DNA from: Squalus acanthias
Taxonomy: Eukaryota
Length of the DNA stretch: 64,000 bases
Assembly (NCBI GenBank): GCA_030390025.1
Contig: CM059431.1
Coordinates: 99,698,001 to 99,762,000 of the forward strand
Reading direction: 5' to 3'
This document shows, one piece after another, positions 15,324 through 26,790 of this stretch. Within the stretch, counting starts at the first letter, position 1, and each line of letters begins with the position of its first letter. The position numbers were made by a program, and so were the translations under genes. Below the pieces are notes generated by a model. It was not told where the DNA came from and ran no database searches. It was given only the letters and a program-made list of their open reading frames with translations.

Positions 15324-15766
15324 ATACAGCACAGAAACAGGCCATTCAACCCAACTGGTCCGTGCCGGTGTTTATGCTCCACACCAGCCTCCTCCCACCC
15401 CTCTTCATCTCACCCCATCAGCATAACCTTCTATTCCTTTCTCCCTCATGTGTTTATCCAGCTTCCCCTTAAATACATCTTTGCTATTCGCCTCAACCAG
15501 TTCCACATTCTCACCACTCTCTGGGTAAAGAAGTTTCTCCTGAATTCCCGATTGGATTTATTAGTGACTATCTTATATTTATGGCCCTTAGTATTGCATT
15601 CCCCACAAGTGGAAACATCTTCTCTACGTCTACCCTATCAAATCACTACATAATTTTAAAGACCTCGATCGGGTCACCCCTCAGCCTTCTCCTTTCTAGA
15701 GAAAAGAGCCCCAGAGTGTTCAGTCTTTCCAGATAGTTAGAGCCTGTCAGTTCTGGTATCATCCTT
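15324..15766 (-). mobile_element. CR1 3' fragment (tail type d), ending about 100 nt upstream of the FGF exon
   Basis: Reverse complement of 60785-61235. Confidence 0.9.
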
Positions 15767-15864
15767 GCTTGCTTGTTCCACATGGATCTTTCTCTGGTTC
15801 TTTTAAATATTTGCAGTCAGAATTTGCACCAGACACCCGATTAACGTGCTTGTTTTACTTCCAG

Positions 15865-15968
15865 CATTGTTCAACCTTGTGCCAGTGGGACTCAGAGTCG
15901 TTGCCATTCAGGGTGTGAAGACAGGGCTGTACGTGGCCATGAATGGTGAAGGATACCTTTACACATCA
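15865..15968 (+). CDS. FGF14: Internal coding exon (104 nt) of an intracellular FGF / FHF gene (FGF11-14 family); best match FGF14, paralog not certain
   Basis: Pyrimidine tract and acceptor (tgttttacttccAG, AG at 15863-64) and donor GTAAGT at 15969. Phase 1 to phase 0 translation is (x)[34 protein letters not shown]. Recalled human FGF14 reads [34 protein letters not shown]. 104 nt is the canonical size of this FGF exon. KTGLY plus NGEG favour FGF14, but FGF11/12/13 cannot be excluded from one exon. Confidence 0.93.
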
Positions 15969-17362
15969 GTAAGTACTTCCAAATATTGCAACTAAGGCAC
16001 CGCTTCGAAGCTAGTGGATGAAAAATGAGACCGACGCTCAGTCTTTGACTCTCAAAATTGATATAAACTATTGCATTTTGAATGCGATTTCTTCGATTAT
16101 CCATAATTCGAAAGGGGCTCATCCCTCCAAAAGCCAATATTTGAATCAGTGGGTTTTGCAGAAAGGGCTCTGACCTTGTTACAATCTCAGGATCATAATT
16201 ACAGTACGAACATCGCAACAATTTCCTTATTTGTAATCCCAAAAGGTTCCCCCCCCCCCCCATTATTGCGATGGTGTAAAAGCTTTGAATGAAAATCGTC
16301 AAATGTCAGTATAATCATTTGAACTGCTTTTGTTGCTTCTGTGCAGTACTGTCCTGGGAGGGCAGCACTTCATTATGACTAAGCTCATTGCTCATGATTA
16401 AAGCAAAGAAAAAAACATAGATTAGTTCATCGTGACTCATCGGGAGCAAGACTGCAGCGCACTCTCTCCACATACTGTCGACAGTCTGTCATTGATTGTC
16501 CTGTGTAACGGAGGTGAGCTAGTCTGTCATGCAGTAGGAGTGTTTGATCTCAGATTGCTCACAGATCACTGGTCTGCAGGCAGCCCTCCTCACTTTTGAT
16601 TTCTTGCATCATAGTTAGGATTTTGGAACCTTGGCACAAATGCTTATTATTGAGCGCCAACCCACTGCATCTTCTGGCTGTTCGTCAAGCCTCAACAACC
16701 ATTTCAATCTGAGATTTAATGAGTAAGCAAGGTTCGAATTGTATTTATTTGTGAATTGGGTTTGCCGCGGTCTATCGGTGTGCTTAGCACCGTTCAGTGG
16801 TGGCAGGATGGGGAAGTCTCAGAGCGGCGAGTTGATGCTTTCAGTTGGGTCATTAGCGGGACGAGCTAAGCAGAGGCCAGGCGCTGAGCTACAGGGAGGA
16901 AGGTAAAATCACAGCAAATGATCTGGTGTCGTACCCTGTACGGTCCCGAGTGGCTAGTTCCAGATGCCAGAAACCGAGCAACAATTTGCCAACTCAATCT
17001 CTCAGCCAAGGTTTAGTAAATAATGAGGTCGCAGAGCGGGACTTGAAGGAGAAAATAACAAATGAAGGATGGTATTAATATTCTTTTTAAGTTAAAAATG
17101 TTAGTGTTTTGTTGTAAATTGGAACAGAGTAATCTCCCTGGAGCCTCCACTTAGAGCAAGTCAATTTCCTGGACACGAGCAACATTTTGGCTGAAATGAA
17201 ATGAAATGTTGAGTTAGTGGATTAAGAATTGAGTGAACGATTGGACCTTCACGATCTGGTGGAACGAATTGCAATGTCCACTATTTTAATTGGAGCGTTA
17301 GCCCTTTTTTTAATTGTGCTTCTGTTAAAATAGTGGGTAAAGCAGGTTCATATTAACACGTT

Positions 17363-17753
17363 ACCACCACCGGCGTACCGTGGCTGCAGTGTGTACCATC
17401 TACAAGATGCACTGCAGCAACTCGCCAAGGCTTCTTCAGCAGCACCTCCCAAACCCGTGACCTCTTCCACCTAGAAGGACAAGGGCAGCAGGCGCATGGA
17501 AACACCACCACCTCCAAGTTCCCCTCCAAGTCACACACCATCCTGACTTGGAAATATATCGGCCGTTCCTTCATCGTCGCTGGGTCAAAATCCTGGAACT
17601 CCCTCCCTAACAGCACTGTGGGAGTACCTTCACCACACAGACTGCAGCGGTTCAAGAAGGCGGCTCACCACCACCTTCTCAAAGGGAATTAGGGATGGGC
17701 AATAAATGCCGGCCTTGCCAGCGACGCCCACATCCCGTGAATGAATAAAAAAA
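17363..17753 (+). mobile_element. 5'-truncated LINE family B 3' end
   Basis: HHRRTVAAVCTIYKMHCSNSPRLL coding stretch; matches 21216-21590. Confidence 0.92.
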
Positions 17754-18122
17754 AGACATAAAAATTGGGTATGTTCTGTAATGGGCGGGCGAATCGCCCT
17801 GCCAAATTATCACCCAGCTGGTGAGACTAAGATCTACTGCCGCATCTCTCTTAACTGCAATCAGAAGTTACTTAACATTTAAAAAGCTAAAAGTGCATCA
17901 AAAGAGGAATTGGCTTTGACATTAAGCTGTGTGAATACGGGTTTATCAATGCTTAATACGAAATTCCTTTGCGCACTATTTTAATTGGAGCATTAGCCCT
18001 TTTTTTCCATACGACATTGTGCCTCTGTTAAAATAATGGGTAAAGCAGTTTCATATGAATACGGTTTGCATCTGTACACTAATATTCCCACCGTTTTACT
18101 TCAAGCCGTTGAGAATATATAC

Positions 18123-18212
18123 ATCTTGCATTTATATAGCACCTTTGAAGTAGTAAAACATCTCAAGGCGCTTCACAGGAGTGCTATTGGACAGAATCTG
18201 ACACCGAACCAC
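18123..18212 (-). mobile_element. L2-clade LINE 3' tail fragment
   Basis: cttgcatttatatagc...aaggcgcttcacaggag...tgacaccga, as at 54380-54462. Confidence 0.75.
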
Positions 18213-18613
18213 CGAGGCATACTATTTTGTAATAATACATAAATAATGAGAAGCTTGTACCTCTTACTATGGGTGGGGTACCGGTTAGTGCGAATTTCAA
18301 TGTCCCAGAGGGCTATGCAGTTAATAGTTGTACAATTGATTGCTCAGATGCCACGTTACTAAATAAATAAAATATCTGGGCGGATTCCCATCAGCAACAC
18401 TGAGGCTGTAACAGGCCTTTTCTGCCCCACTCCAAGCTAACTCCCTGGCAGGGGCGGGGGAGCCGGCCAAGATCGTCTAACTGTAGTTCTGTCCCTCCTC
18501 TCGGGTTTGAGGCCACAGTCCTACCCTGGACTCAGAGGTGGATCACAATCATCCCTCAGACCAGGTGTTCCCCCACCAATCATACGTTGGCTCCTACCCA
18601 CGGCCATAGATCT

Positions 18614-18908
18614 ATCTCTGTGACCTCCTCCAGCCCTACAGCCCTCCGAGATCTCTGTGACCTCCTCCAGCCCTACAGCCCTCCGAGATCTCTGTAACCT
18701 CCGCCAGCCCTACAGCCCTCCAAGATCTCTGTAACCTCCGCCAGCCCTACAGCCCTCCGAGATCTCTGTAACCTCCTCCAGCCCTACAGCCCTCCGAGAT
18801 CTCTGTAACCTCCGCCAGCCCTACAGCCCTCCGAGATCTCTGTAACCTCCGCCAGCCCTACAGCCCTCCGAGATCTCTGTAACCTCCTCCAGCCCTCCAG
18901 GATCTCTG
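18614..18908 (+). repeat. 37-bp minisatellite, 7 full units plus 1 short unit (ATCTCTGTAACCTCCKCCAGCCCTACAGCCCTCCGAG)
   Basis: ATCTCTG starts at 18614, 18651, 18688, 18725, 18762, 18799, 18836, 18873 and 18902. Confidence 0.97.
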
Positions 18909-19140
18909 CGCTCCTCCAATTCTGGCCTCTTGCGCATCTCCGACTTCCTTCGCTCCACCATTGGTGGCCGTGCCTTCAGCTGCCTGGGCCCTAAGCTCTG
19001 GAATTCCCTCCCTAAACCTCTCCGCCTCTCTACCACTCCTTCCTCCTTTAAGACGCTCTTAAAACCTACCTCTTTGACCAAGCTATTGGGCACCTGTCCT
19101 AATATCTCCTTATATGGCTCGGTGTCAAATTCAGTCTGAT

Positions 19141-21606
19141 AATGTACTCTGGATGGGGGACTTCAATGTCAATCACCAAGAGTGGCTCAGTAGCACCGCT
19201 ACTGACCGAGCTGGCCGAGTCCTGAAGGACATAGCTGCCTGCGATAGGTGGTGAGAGAACCAACACGAGGGAAAAACCTACTTGACCTCGTCCTCACCAA
19301 TCTACCTGTCGCAGATGCATTTGTCCATGACAGTATTGGTAGCAGTGACCACCGCACAGTCATTGTGGAGACGAAGTCCCGTCTTCACACGGAGGACACC
19401 CTCCATTGTGTTGTGTGGCACTACCACCGTGCTAAATGGGATAGATTCAGAACAGATCTAGCAGCTCAAAACTGGGCATCCATGAGGCGCTGTGGGCCAT
19501 CAGCAGCAGCAGAATTGTATTACACCGCAATCTGTAACCTCATGGCCTGGCATATCCCCCTCTCTACCATTACCATCAAGCCAGGGGACCAACCCTGGTT
19601 CAATAAGGAGTGTAGAAGAGCATGCCAGGAGCAGCTCCAGGCGTACCTAAAAATCCGGTGAAAACCTGGGGAAGCTGCAACACAGGACTACATGCATGCT
19701 AAAAAGTGGAAGCAGCATGCTATAGACAGAGCTAAGTGATCCCACAATCAATGGATCAGATCAAAGCTCTGCAGTCCTGCCACATCCAGTCGTGAATGGT
19801 GGTGGACCATTAAACAACTAACAGGAGGAGGAGGCTCCATGAATATCCCCATCCTCAATGATGGTGGAGCCCAGCACGTGAGTGCAAAAGACAAAGCTGA
19901 AGCGTTTGCAACCATCTTCAGCCAGAAGTACCAAGTGGATGATCCATATCGGCCTACTCCTGAGGTCCCCACCACCACAGAAGCCAGTCTTCAGCCAATT
20001 CGATTCACTCCACTTGATATCAAGAAACGGCTGAGCGCACCGGATACAGCAAAGGCTATGGGCCCCGACAACATCCCGGCTATCGTGCTGAAGACTTGTG
20101 CTCCAGAACTAGCCGCGCCTCTAGCCAAGCTGTCCCGGTACGGCTATAACACTGGCATCTATCCGACAATGTGGAAAACTGCCCAGGTATGTCCTGTCCC
20201 CAAAAAGCAGGACAAATCCAATCCGGCAATTACCGCCCCATCAGTCTACTCTCAATCATCAGCAAAGTGATGGAAGGTGTCATCGACAGTGCTATCAAGC
20301 AGCACTTACTCACCAATAACCTGCTCACTGATGCCCAGTTTGGGTTCTGCCAAGACCACTCAGCTCCAGACCTCATTACAGCCTTGGTCCAAACATGGAC
20401 AAAAGAGCTGAATTCCAGAGGTGAGGTGAGAGTGACAGCCCTTGATATCAAGGCAGCATTTGACCGAGTGTGACATCAAGGAGCCCTGTTAAAACTGAAG
20501 TCAATGGGAATCAGGGGGAAACTCTCCACTGGCTGGAGTCATACCTAGCACAAAGGAAGATGGTTGTGGTGGTTGGAGGTCAATCATCACAGCCCCAGGA
20601 CATCACTGCAGGAGTTCCTCAGGGCAGTGTCCTAGGCCCAATCATCTTCAGCTGCTTCATCAATGACCTTCCCTCCATCATAAGGTCAGAAGTGGGGATG
20701 TTCGCTGATGACTGCACAGTATTCAGTGCCATTTGCAACTCCTCAGATAATGAAGCAGTCCATGCCCGCATGCAACAAGACCTGGTCAACATTCAGGCTT
20801 GGGCTGATAAGTGGCAGGTAACATCCGCGCCACACAAGTGCCAGGCAATGACTATCTCCAACAAGCGAGCATCTAACTACTGTCCCTTGACATTCAACGG
20901 CATTACCATCACCGAATCCCCCACCAACATCATCCTGGGGGTCACCATTGACCAGAAGCTTAACTGGTCCAGCCACATAAATACTGTGGCAACAAGAGCA
21001 GGTCAGAGGCTGGGTATTCTGCGGTGAGTGTCTCACTTCTTGACTCCCCAAAACCTTTCCACCATCTACAAGGCACAAGTCAGGAGTGTGATGGAATACT
21101 CTCCACTTGCCTGGATGAGTGCAGCTCCAACAACACTCAAGAAGCTCGACACCATCCAGGACAAAGCAGCCCGCTTGATTGGCACCCCATCCACCACCTT
21201 AAACATTCACTCCCTCCACCACCGGCGCACCGTGGCTGCAGTGTGTACCATCTACAAGATGCACTGCAGTAACTCGCCAAGGCTTCTTCGGCAGCACCTC
21301 CCAAACCCGCGACCTCTACCATCTAGAAGGACAAGGGCAGCAGGTGCATGGGAACACCACCACCTCCAAGTTACCCTCCAAGTCACACACCATCCTGACT
21401 TGGAAATATATCGTTGATCCTTCATCGTCGCTGGGTCAAAACCCTGGAACTTCCTCCCTAACAGCACTGTGGGAGCACCTTCACCACACGGACTGCAGCG
21501 GTTCAAGAAGGCGGCTCAGCACCACCTTCTCAAGGGCAATTAGTGATGGGCAATAAATGCCGGCCTTGCCAGCAACGCCCACATCCCAGGAACAAATTTT
21601 TTAAAA
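19141..21606 (+). pseudogene. 5'-truncated CR1-group LINE (family B) ORF2: end of APE endonuclease plus reverse transcriptase, disrupted
   Basis: GDFN and SDH endonuclease motifs; [43 protein letters not shown] and FADD RT motifs, split by stops and frameshifts. Confidence 0.93.
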
Positions 21607-22012
21607 ATCGCTCCTGTGAAGCATGTTTTACTACATTAAAGGCGCTATAAATATGCAAGTTGTTGCTGTTGTCGATGTGGAGCTCCCGATGTAGCGAATC
21701 TCCGCCCCTCTACGCAATGCCCTTGTAGGGCGTGGGCAGAGGTTCTGCCCCACAAGGCCAATAAGAATCCTTGACTTTAGGCCGGGACCTGTTACATCCA
21801 GCTGCCAGCCTAGTTTCTAATCCTCTACTGAAGTTACTGTGCGAGGCCATCGTAAAGGCTAGGGATTTTCAGGGAAAATAATACCATGTCCATGTTTTAC
21901 AAATGACAACACCAAGCCTGCCATCAGCGCTGTCGCATATCAGTTCCGTTCCCCAAATGTTGTGCACTAGTTAGCACCTATATATGACGTTACATCTTAC
22001 TTTAATCTACTG

Positions 22013-22400
22013 AGCCATGGCTCAGTGGGCAGCACTCTCACCTCTGCGTCAGAAAGGTCATGGGTTCAAGTCCCACTCCAGAGACATGAGCACAAAAATC
22101 TAGGCTGATACTCCCAGTGCAGTACTGAGGGAGTGCCGCACTGTCGGAGGGGCAGTACTGAGGGAGTGCTGCACTGTCGGAGGGGCAGTACTGAGGGAGT
22201 GCTGCACTGTCAGATGGGCAGTACTGAGGGAGTGCTGCACTGTCGGAGGGGCAGTACTGAGGGAGCACCGCACTGTCAGAGGGGCAGTACTGAGGGAGCG
22301 CTGCACTGTCAGAGGGGCAGTACTGAGGGAGCGCCGCACTGTCGGAGGGGCAGTACTGAGGGAGCGCCGCACTGTTGGAGGGGCAGTACTGAGGGAGCGC
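22013..22400 (+). mobile_element. Deu-domain SINE (SacSINE1-like) head plus about 8.5 x 33-bp array; 3' part missing
   Basis: tggctcagtggg (A box), gggttcaagtcc (B box), then (GCAGTACTGAGGGAGYGCYGCACTGTCGGAGGG)n from 22119. Confidence 0.9.
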
Positions 22401-22572
22401 TTCTCTGTGTCTACCCTATCGAACCCCTTTCAGAATTTTAAAGACCTCTATCAGGTCACCCCTCAGCCTTCTCTTTTCTAGAGAAAAGAGCCCCAGCCTG
22501 TTCAGTCTTTCCTGATAGTTATAACCGCTCAGTTCTGGTATCGTCCTATGAAATCTTTTCTGCACTTTCTCC
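22401..22572 (-). mobile_element. CR1 internal fragment (type d family)
   Basis: Matches 15620-15765 and 51850-52020. Confidence 0.85.
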
Positions 22573-22944
22573 CATTGAGCCTTCTTGTATTAATACCAAT
22601 TTTAGACTAACATGATCCAATATTTTGACATCTTTCCAAGCTAAGGCAGTGAAATTGTAATTCAGAGTTATTGACCAGCACAAACCCTTATCTTGAATAT
22701 AAGGCAGGACATTACTTCTCTCTTTGAAATTTTAAGCATGGATAGGCTTCGAATTGTTAGGATTAAAATGAATCATGGTTTCAAGATTATATTGGATAAA
22801 AATATATCATTACTGGAAATCTGGATTGACCGAAGATTTTTGTAGGTATAATCAATTCTGCAATTTCAGATTTAACCTTTAATGCATCTGTATAATTACC
22901 TTATTGCTTAACTATTACTGAGATGATTTACTAGATAATAAGTT

Positions 22945-23200
22945 CAATAAGGAATTCAGGAGAAACTTCTTTTCCCCAGAGAGTGGTGAGAATGTGGAAC
23001 TCGCTACCACAGGGAGTGGTTGAGGCGAATAGCAAAGATGCATTTAAGGGGAAGCTAGATAAACACATGGAGGGAGAAAGGAATAGAAGGATATGCTGAT
23101 AGGGTGAGATGAAGAGGGGTGGGAGGAGGCTGGTGTGGAGCATAAACACCAGCACGGACCAGTTGGGCCGAATGGTCTGTTTCTGTGCTGTACATTCTAG
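22945..23200 (+). mobile_element. CR1 3' fragment (tail type d)
   Basis: Matches 60990-61240. Confidence 0.9.
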
Positions 23201-23493
23201 ATAATTTTAAACAGCTTATACACAAGATATTATTTGGTTGTTTATCTATTCATTTTTGGTCTAACAGATCATTAAAATATTAAATATAATGCATTATTTT
23301 ACAGAGAAGCTCATTTAGGGAAGGTATATAATGCAGTAAAACTCTGGTCTCCTATAACATCACATATAGGTGTCCTTCGCAATTCAAAATCTTATTAAAA
23401 GTTGGATTAAGAGTGCATCCTTAAAAAAAGATATATGAACATTAGGTAAAATGCTGCGGTGTTTGTATTATATCAGCGGGTAATCATCCCAGA

Positions 23494-23680
23494 ACAGAAG
23501 CAAAATACTGCGGAGGCTGGAAACTGAATTCAAAACAGAAAATGCCAGCAATGCTCAACAGGTCAGGCAGCATCTGTGGAAAGCTGGAAGTTCATCGACC
23601 CAAAACATTGACTCTCCTTCTCTCTCTCCACAGACGCTGCCTGACCTGCAGAGTGTTTCCAGCATTTTCTGTTTATATTT
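23494..23680. mobile_element. Degenerate palindromic Penelope-like element
   Basis: aaacagaaaatgc...caggtcaggcagcatctgtgga pairs with tccacagacgctgcctgacctg...gcattttctgttt; same family as 46271-46503. Confidence 0.75.
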
Positions 23681-23898
23681 TAACTATTCCAGAACACAGC
23701 TAGTAACGGCTGAATCTTAATAATGAAACCAAACATCTTTTCCCCGATTGATTGAATGTGGCTAAACCTGTAATTAAGATTAATATGCAGCTTGGCATGT
23801 AGTCATTTGCAGTTTAAAATATATTTTTTTAAATTTCAGTCACTACTAAGCATATCATGCATTTGATTTTGCTAAAATGACTATTGCATTTTTACCAG

Positions 23899-24460
23899 AC
23901 ATAGAACATAAGAAATAGGAGCATCCGCCATTCAATAAGATCACGGCAGAACTTCGAACTCAACTCCACTTTCCCACCCATTGTAAAAAGTCAGACAGCC
24001 AGGTGACGAAGGATAGAATACTGGAGCCCACTCTTTGCTTGTTTACAAGCCTTTATCCACATTACATACTGCACACCTTCCAGACAAGCTTACAACCCTT
24101 CCCCAGCCTACTCCTAGATATATAAGAGCAAGAGAATGCCCCAATTAATTCCCACCACCTGCATATAATTAACACTCAATTGCTATACACCACTTAAGTA
24201 CAATTAACACCCATATCCCTTGATTCCCTTTTAGTCCAAAAATCTATCGATCTCAGCCTTGAATATACTCCACGACTGAGCATTCACAGCCCTCTGGGGC
24301 AGAGAATTCCAAAGATTCACAACCCTCTGAGTGAAGAAATTTCTCCTCATCTCAGTCTTAAATGGCCGACCCCTTATCCTGAGACTGTGACCCCTGGTTG
24401 TAGACTCCCCAGCCAGGGGAAACAACCTCTCAGCATCTACCCTGTCAATCCCCCTCAGAA
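23899..24460 (-). mobile_element. CR1 3' fragment (tail type b) interrupted at 23982-24209
   Basis: Minus ORF TRGHSLRIRGRPFKTEMRRNFFTQRVVNLWNSLP; tail acatagaacataagaaataggagc. Confidence 0.88.
23982..24209 (-). mobile_element. Probable solo LTR (228 bp)
   Basis: TG...CA termini flanked by CCCAT at 23977-81 and 24210-14; TATATA element near 24119. Confidence 0.6.
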
Positions 24461-25542
24461 TCAGACACTGGCATATTGAATATCTTTATATTAACCTTCC
24501 ATTTCCATGTCTTTTACATCTGGCAGCATTGGGGAGAATGCTATCTATTATTTGGTGAACACAGACATATTGCCGAGCATTCCCAGGCTGCGATATTTTT
24601 TGAAAAGATCACCCACAGCAAATACAGGTTATTTGTAGCTTGAATCAATTCATTGGCGTGCAGAGTATTCAAGAACAGATTCTAACCCGAAGGACTTTGA
24701 CAGAATCTTCTCCAGCTCGCAGCCTCTGGCGTCTCACGCCCCACTGGGCGTCTTTTACGGTTTCCAATTCCATTTCTCGGGCAGGTGCCGGAAGCATTAT
24801 CTCCCACCCACACTTCTCTGTACCTGCTTTTCATGTCCTATTAATATCACTCTGTTGGAATATTGCAAAGAAATTGATCTTAAAAAAAAAATCTTTAAAA
24901 AAAAAAGATATCGTGAAACAAAACCAAGATACTGTGGATGCTGGAAATCTGAAATAAAAGCAGATGTAAAAGATGTGGAAATGGATAAAGATATTCAATA
25001 GGCGATGCCTGGTAAAAATGCAATAGTCATTTTGGCAAAATAAAATGCACGATGCACTTACTAGTGACTGAAAATAAATAGATATTTTAAACTACAAATG
25101 ACTACATGCCAAGCTGCACATTAATCTTAATGACAGGTTTAGCCACATTCAATCAATCGGGGAAAAGATGTTCATTTCATTATTAAGATTCAGCCGTCAC
25201 TAGTTGTGTCCTGGAATAGTTAAAATACAAACAGACAATGCTGGAAACACTCAGCAGGTCAGGCAGCTTCTGTGGAGAGAGAAACAGAATTAACCTCTCA
25301 GGTCGATTTTTTTTAAAAGAATGAAGAATTCATCAGACTTTTTAAAACCCAGGATTAGACAATGTAATTAATTTTATCTTGTTGTCAATGCAGTGGAAGA
25401 ATATCGACAACAAGCTTTTGCCTCCTAATCTCTTGTGTTTGTCCATTTTTTTCTCTGCATTCAGCCTGGATCTCTTAGCATTAAACAACATTTCTTAGGT
25501 GAGGGGCAATTGGCAACTAAACTCCAATGGCTGTTTCAGTGC

Positions 25543-25945
25543 CTGTCTCTCTGTCCCACTCTCATTCTCGCTCTCTCTCTCTCTCTTTCTCTCTCTCGCT
25601 CACTCTCTCTCGCTGACTCTCTCTCGCGCTCTCTCTCTTGCTCTCTCTCTCTCTCTCACGCTCTCTCTCTCACTCTCTCTCTCTCTCTCTTGCTCTCTCT
25701 CGCGCTCTCTCTCTTGCTCTCTCTCTCTCACGCTCTCTCTCTCACTCACTCTCTCTCGCTCTCTCTTGTGCTCTCCCTCTCTTGCTCTCTCTCGCTCTCT
25801 CTCTCTCACTCTCTCTCTCTCGCTCTCTCTCTCTCTTGCTCTCTCTCACTCTCTCTCGCTCTCTTGCTCTCTTTTTCTCTCTCTCGCTCACTCTCTCACA
25901 CTCTCTCTCTCACTCTCGCTCTTTCGCTCTCTCACTCTCTCATCA
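25543..25945. repeat. Imperfect (CT)n tract of about 400 bp, followed by a C-rich stretch to about 26160
   Basis: Directly visible. Confidence 0.95.
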
Positions 25946-26512
25946 TCACCCCTCCCCCATCACCCATCCCCTCATCATCAACCCACCACCCCCGTGCCGC
26001 CCCCCCCCCCACTCCTGGCCCCGACCCCCCCTATCTCTGTCCCCGACCTGCCCCAATCCCCAACCTCCCCACGATCCCCGGCCCCACGATTACTGGGCCC
26101 GGCCCCCAGACTCCTTCCCTTGACCCCCAACGCCCACCCACCCCCAGATCCCTGACCCGAGGAAATTTGGGCTTACGCCTGATTTTACACTACATCCAAA
26201 TTTGCTCCATCTGCTCTTTAACATACCCCACCCCCATTCAGAAGACCAGAGAATGCGAGTTTCCTGCACTCACGCCTATTTTGAATGGGTGTAAAGGCTT
26301 AGTTCTGGTGATTTATTGTGATGTTTTAAGCGATGTGTTGTAATTTCTGCTCACTGAGACTGGCACTGTAGTTTCTGTATCTTTGAATGCATTTTTCTAG
26401 CATCAGAATTCATTGCATTAAGATTTGAAAAGGCTTCGCGATTGCATTTTCTTCAACTTGCTGTGTTCAATGTACATAAATGACGATCTCAAATGGTTTT
26501 AATTTTCTTAGA

Positions 26513-26790
26513 TAAAGGCCATTTAGGACTGAGATGAGGAGAAATTTCTTCACTCAGAGGGTTGGGAATCTTTGGAATTCTCTACCCCAGAGGGCTGTGG
26601 AGGCTCAGTCATTGAGTATATTCAAGATAGAGATCGATAGATTTTTGGATATTAAGGGAATCAAGGGATATGGGGATAGTGCAGGAAGGTGGAGTTGAGG
26701 TCGATGATCAGCCATGATCTCATTGAATGGCGGAGCAGGCTCGAGGGGCCGAATGGCCGACTCCTGCTCCTAATTTTTATGTTCTTATGA
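26513..26790 (+). mobile_element. CR1 3' fragment (tail type b)
   Basis: Matches 30635-30918 and 47830-48110. Confidence 0.9.

Larger units (their letters stand above)
18612..21672 (+). mobile_element. L2-clade LINE 3' fragment (18612-19140 plus 21609-21672), split by a family-B LINE, with a 37-bp tandem array at its 5' end
   Basis: GGRAFSCLGPKLWNSLP; matches 37415-37760. After the insertion the tail resumes cgctcctgtgaagc...aaaggcgctata...gcaagttgttg. Confidence 0.88.

Noticed and set aside
15892..16302. 136-aa minus-strand ORF overlapping the exon
   Set aside because: No recognisable domain; the + strand has the FGF match and canonical splice sites.
19141..21606. Active retrotransposon or domesticated RT (also 34952-36294 and 46088-47849)
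   Set aside because: All are 5'-truncated with in-frame stops and frameshifts.
25435..26343. 302-aa Leu/Ser- and Pro-rich ORF
   Set aside because: Translation of the (CT)n tract and C-rich low-complexity DNA.
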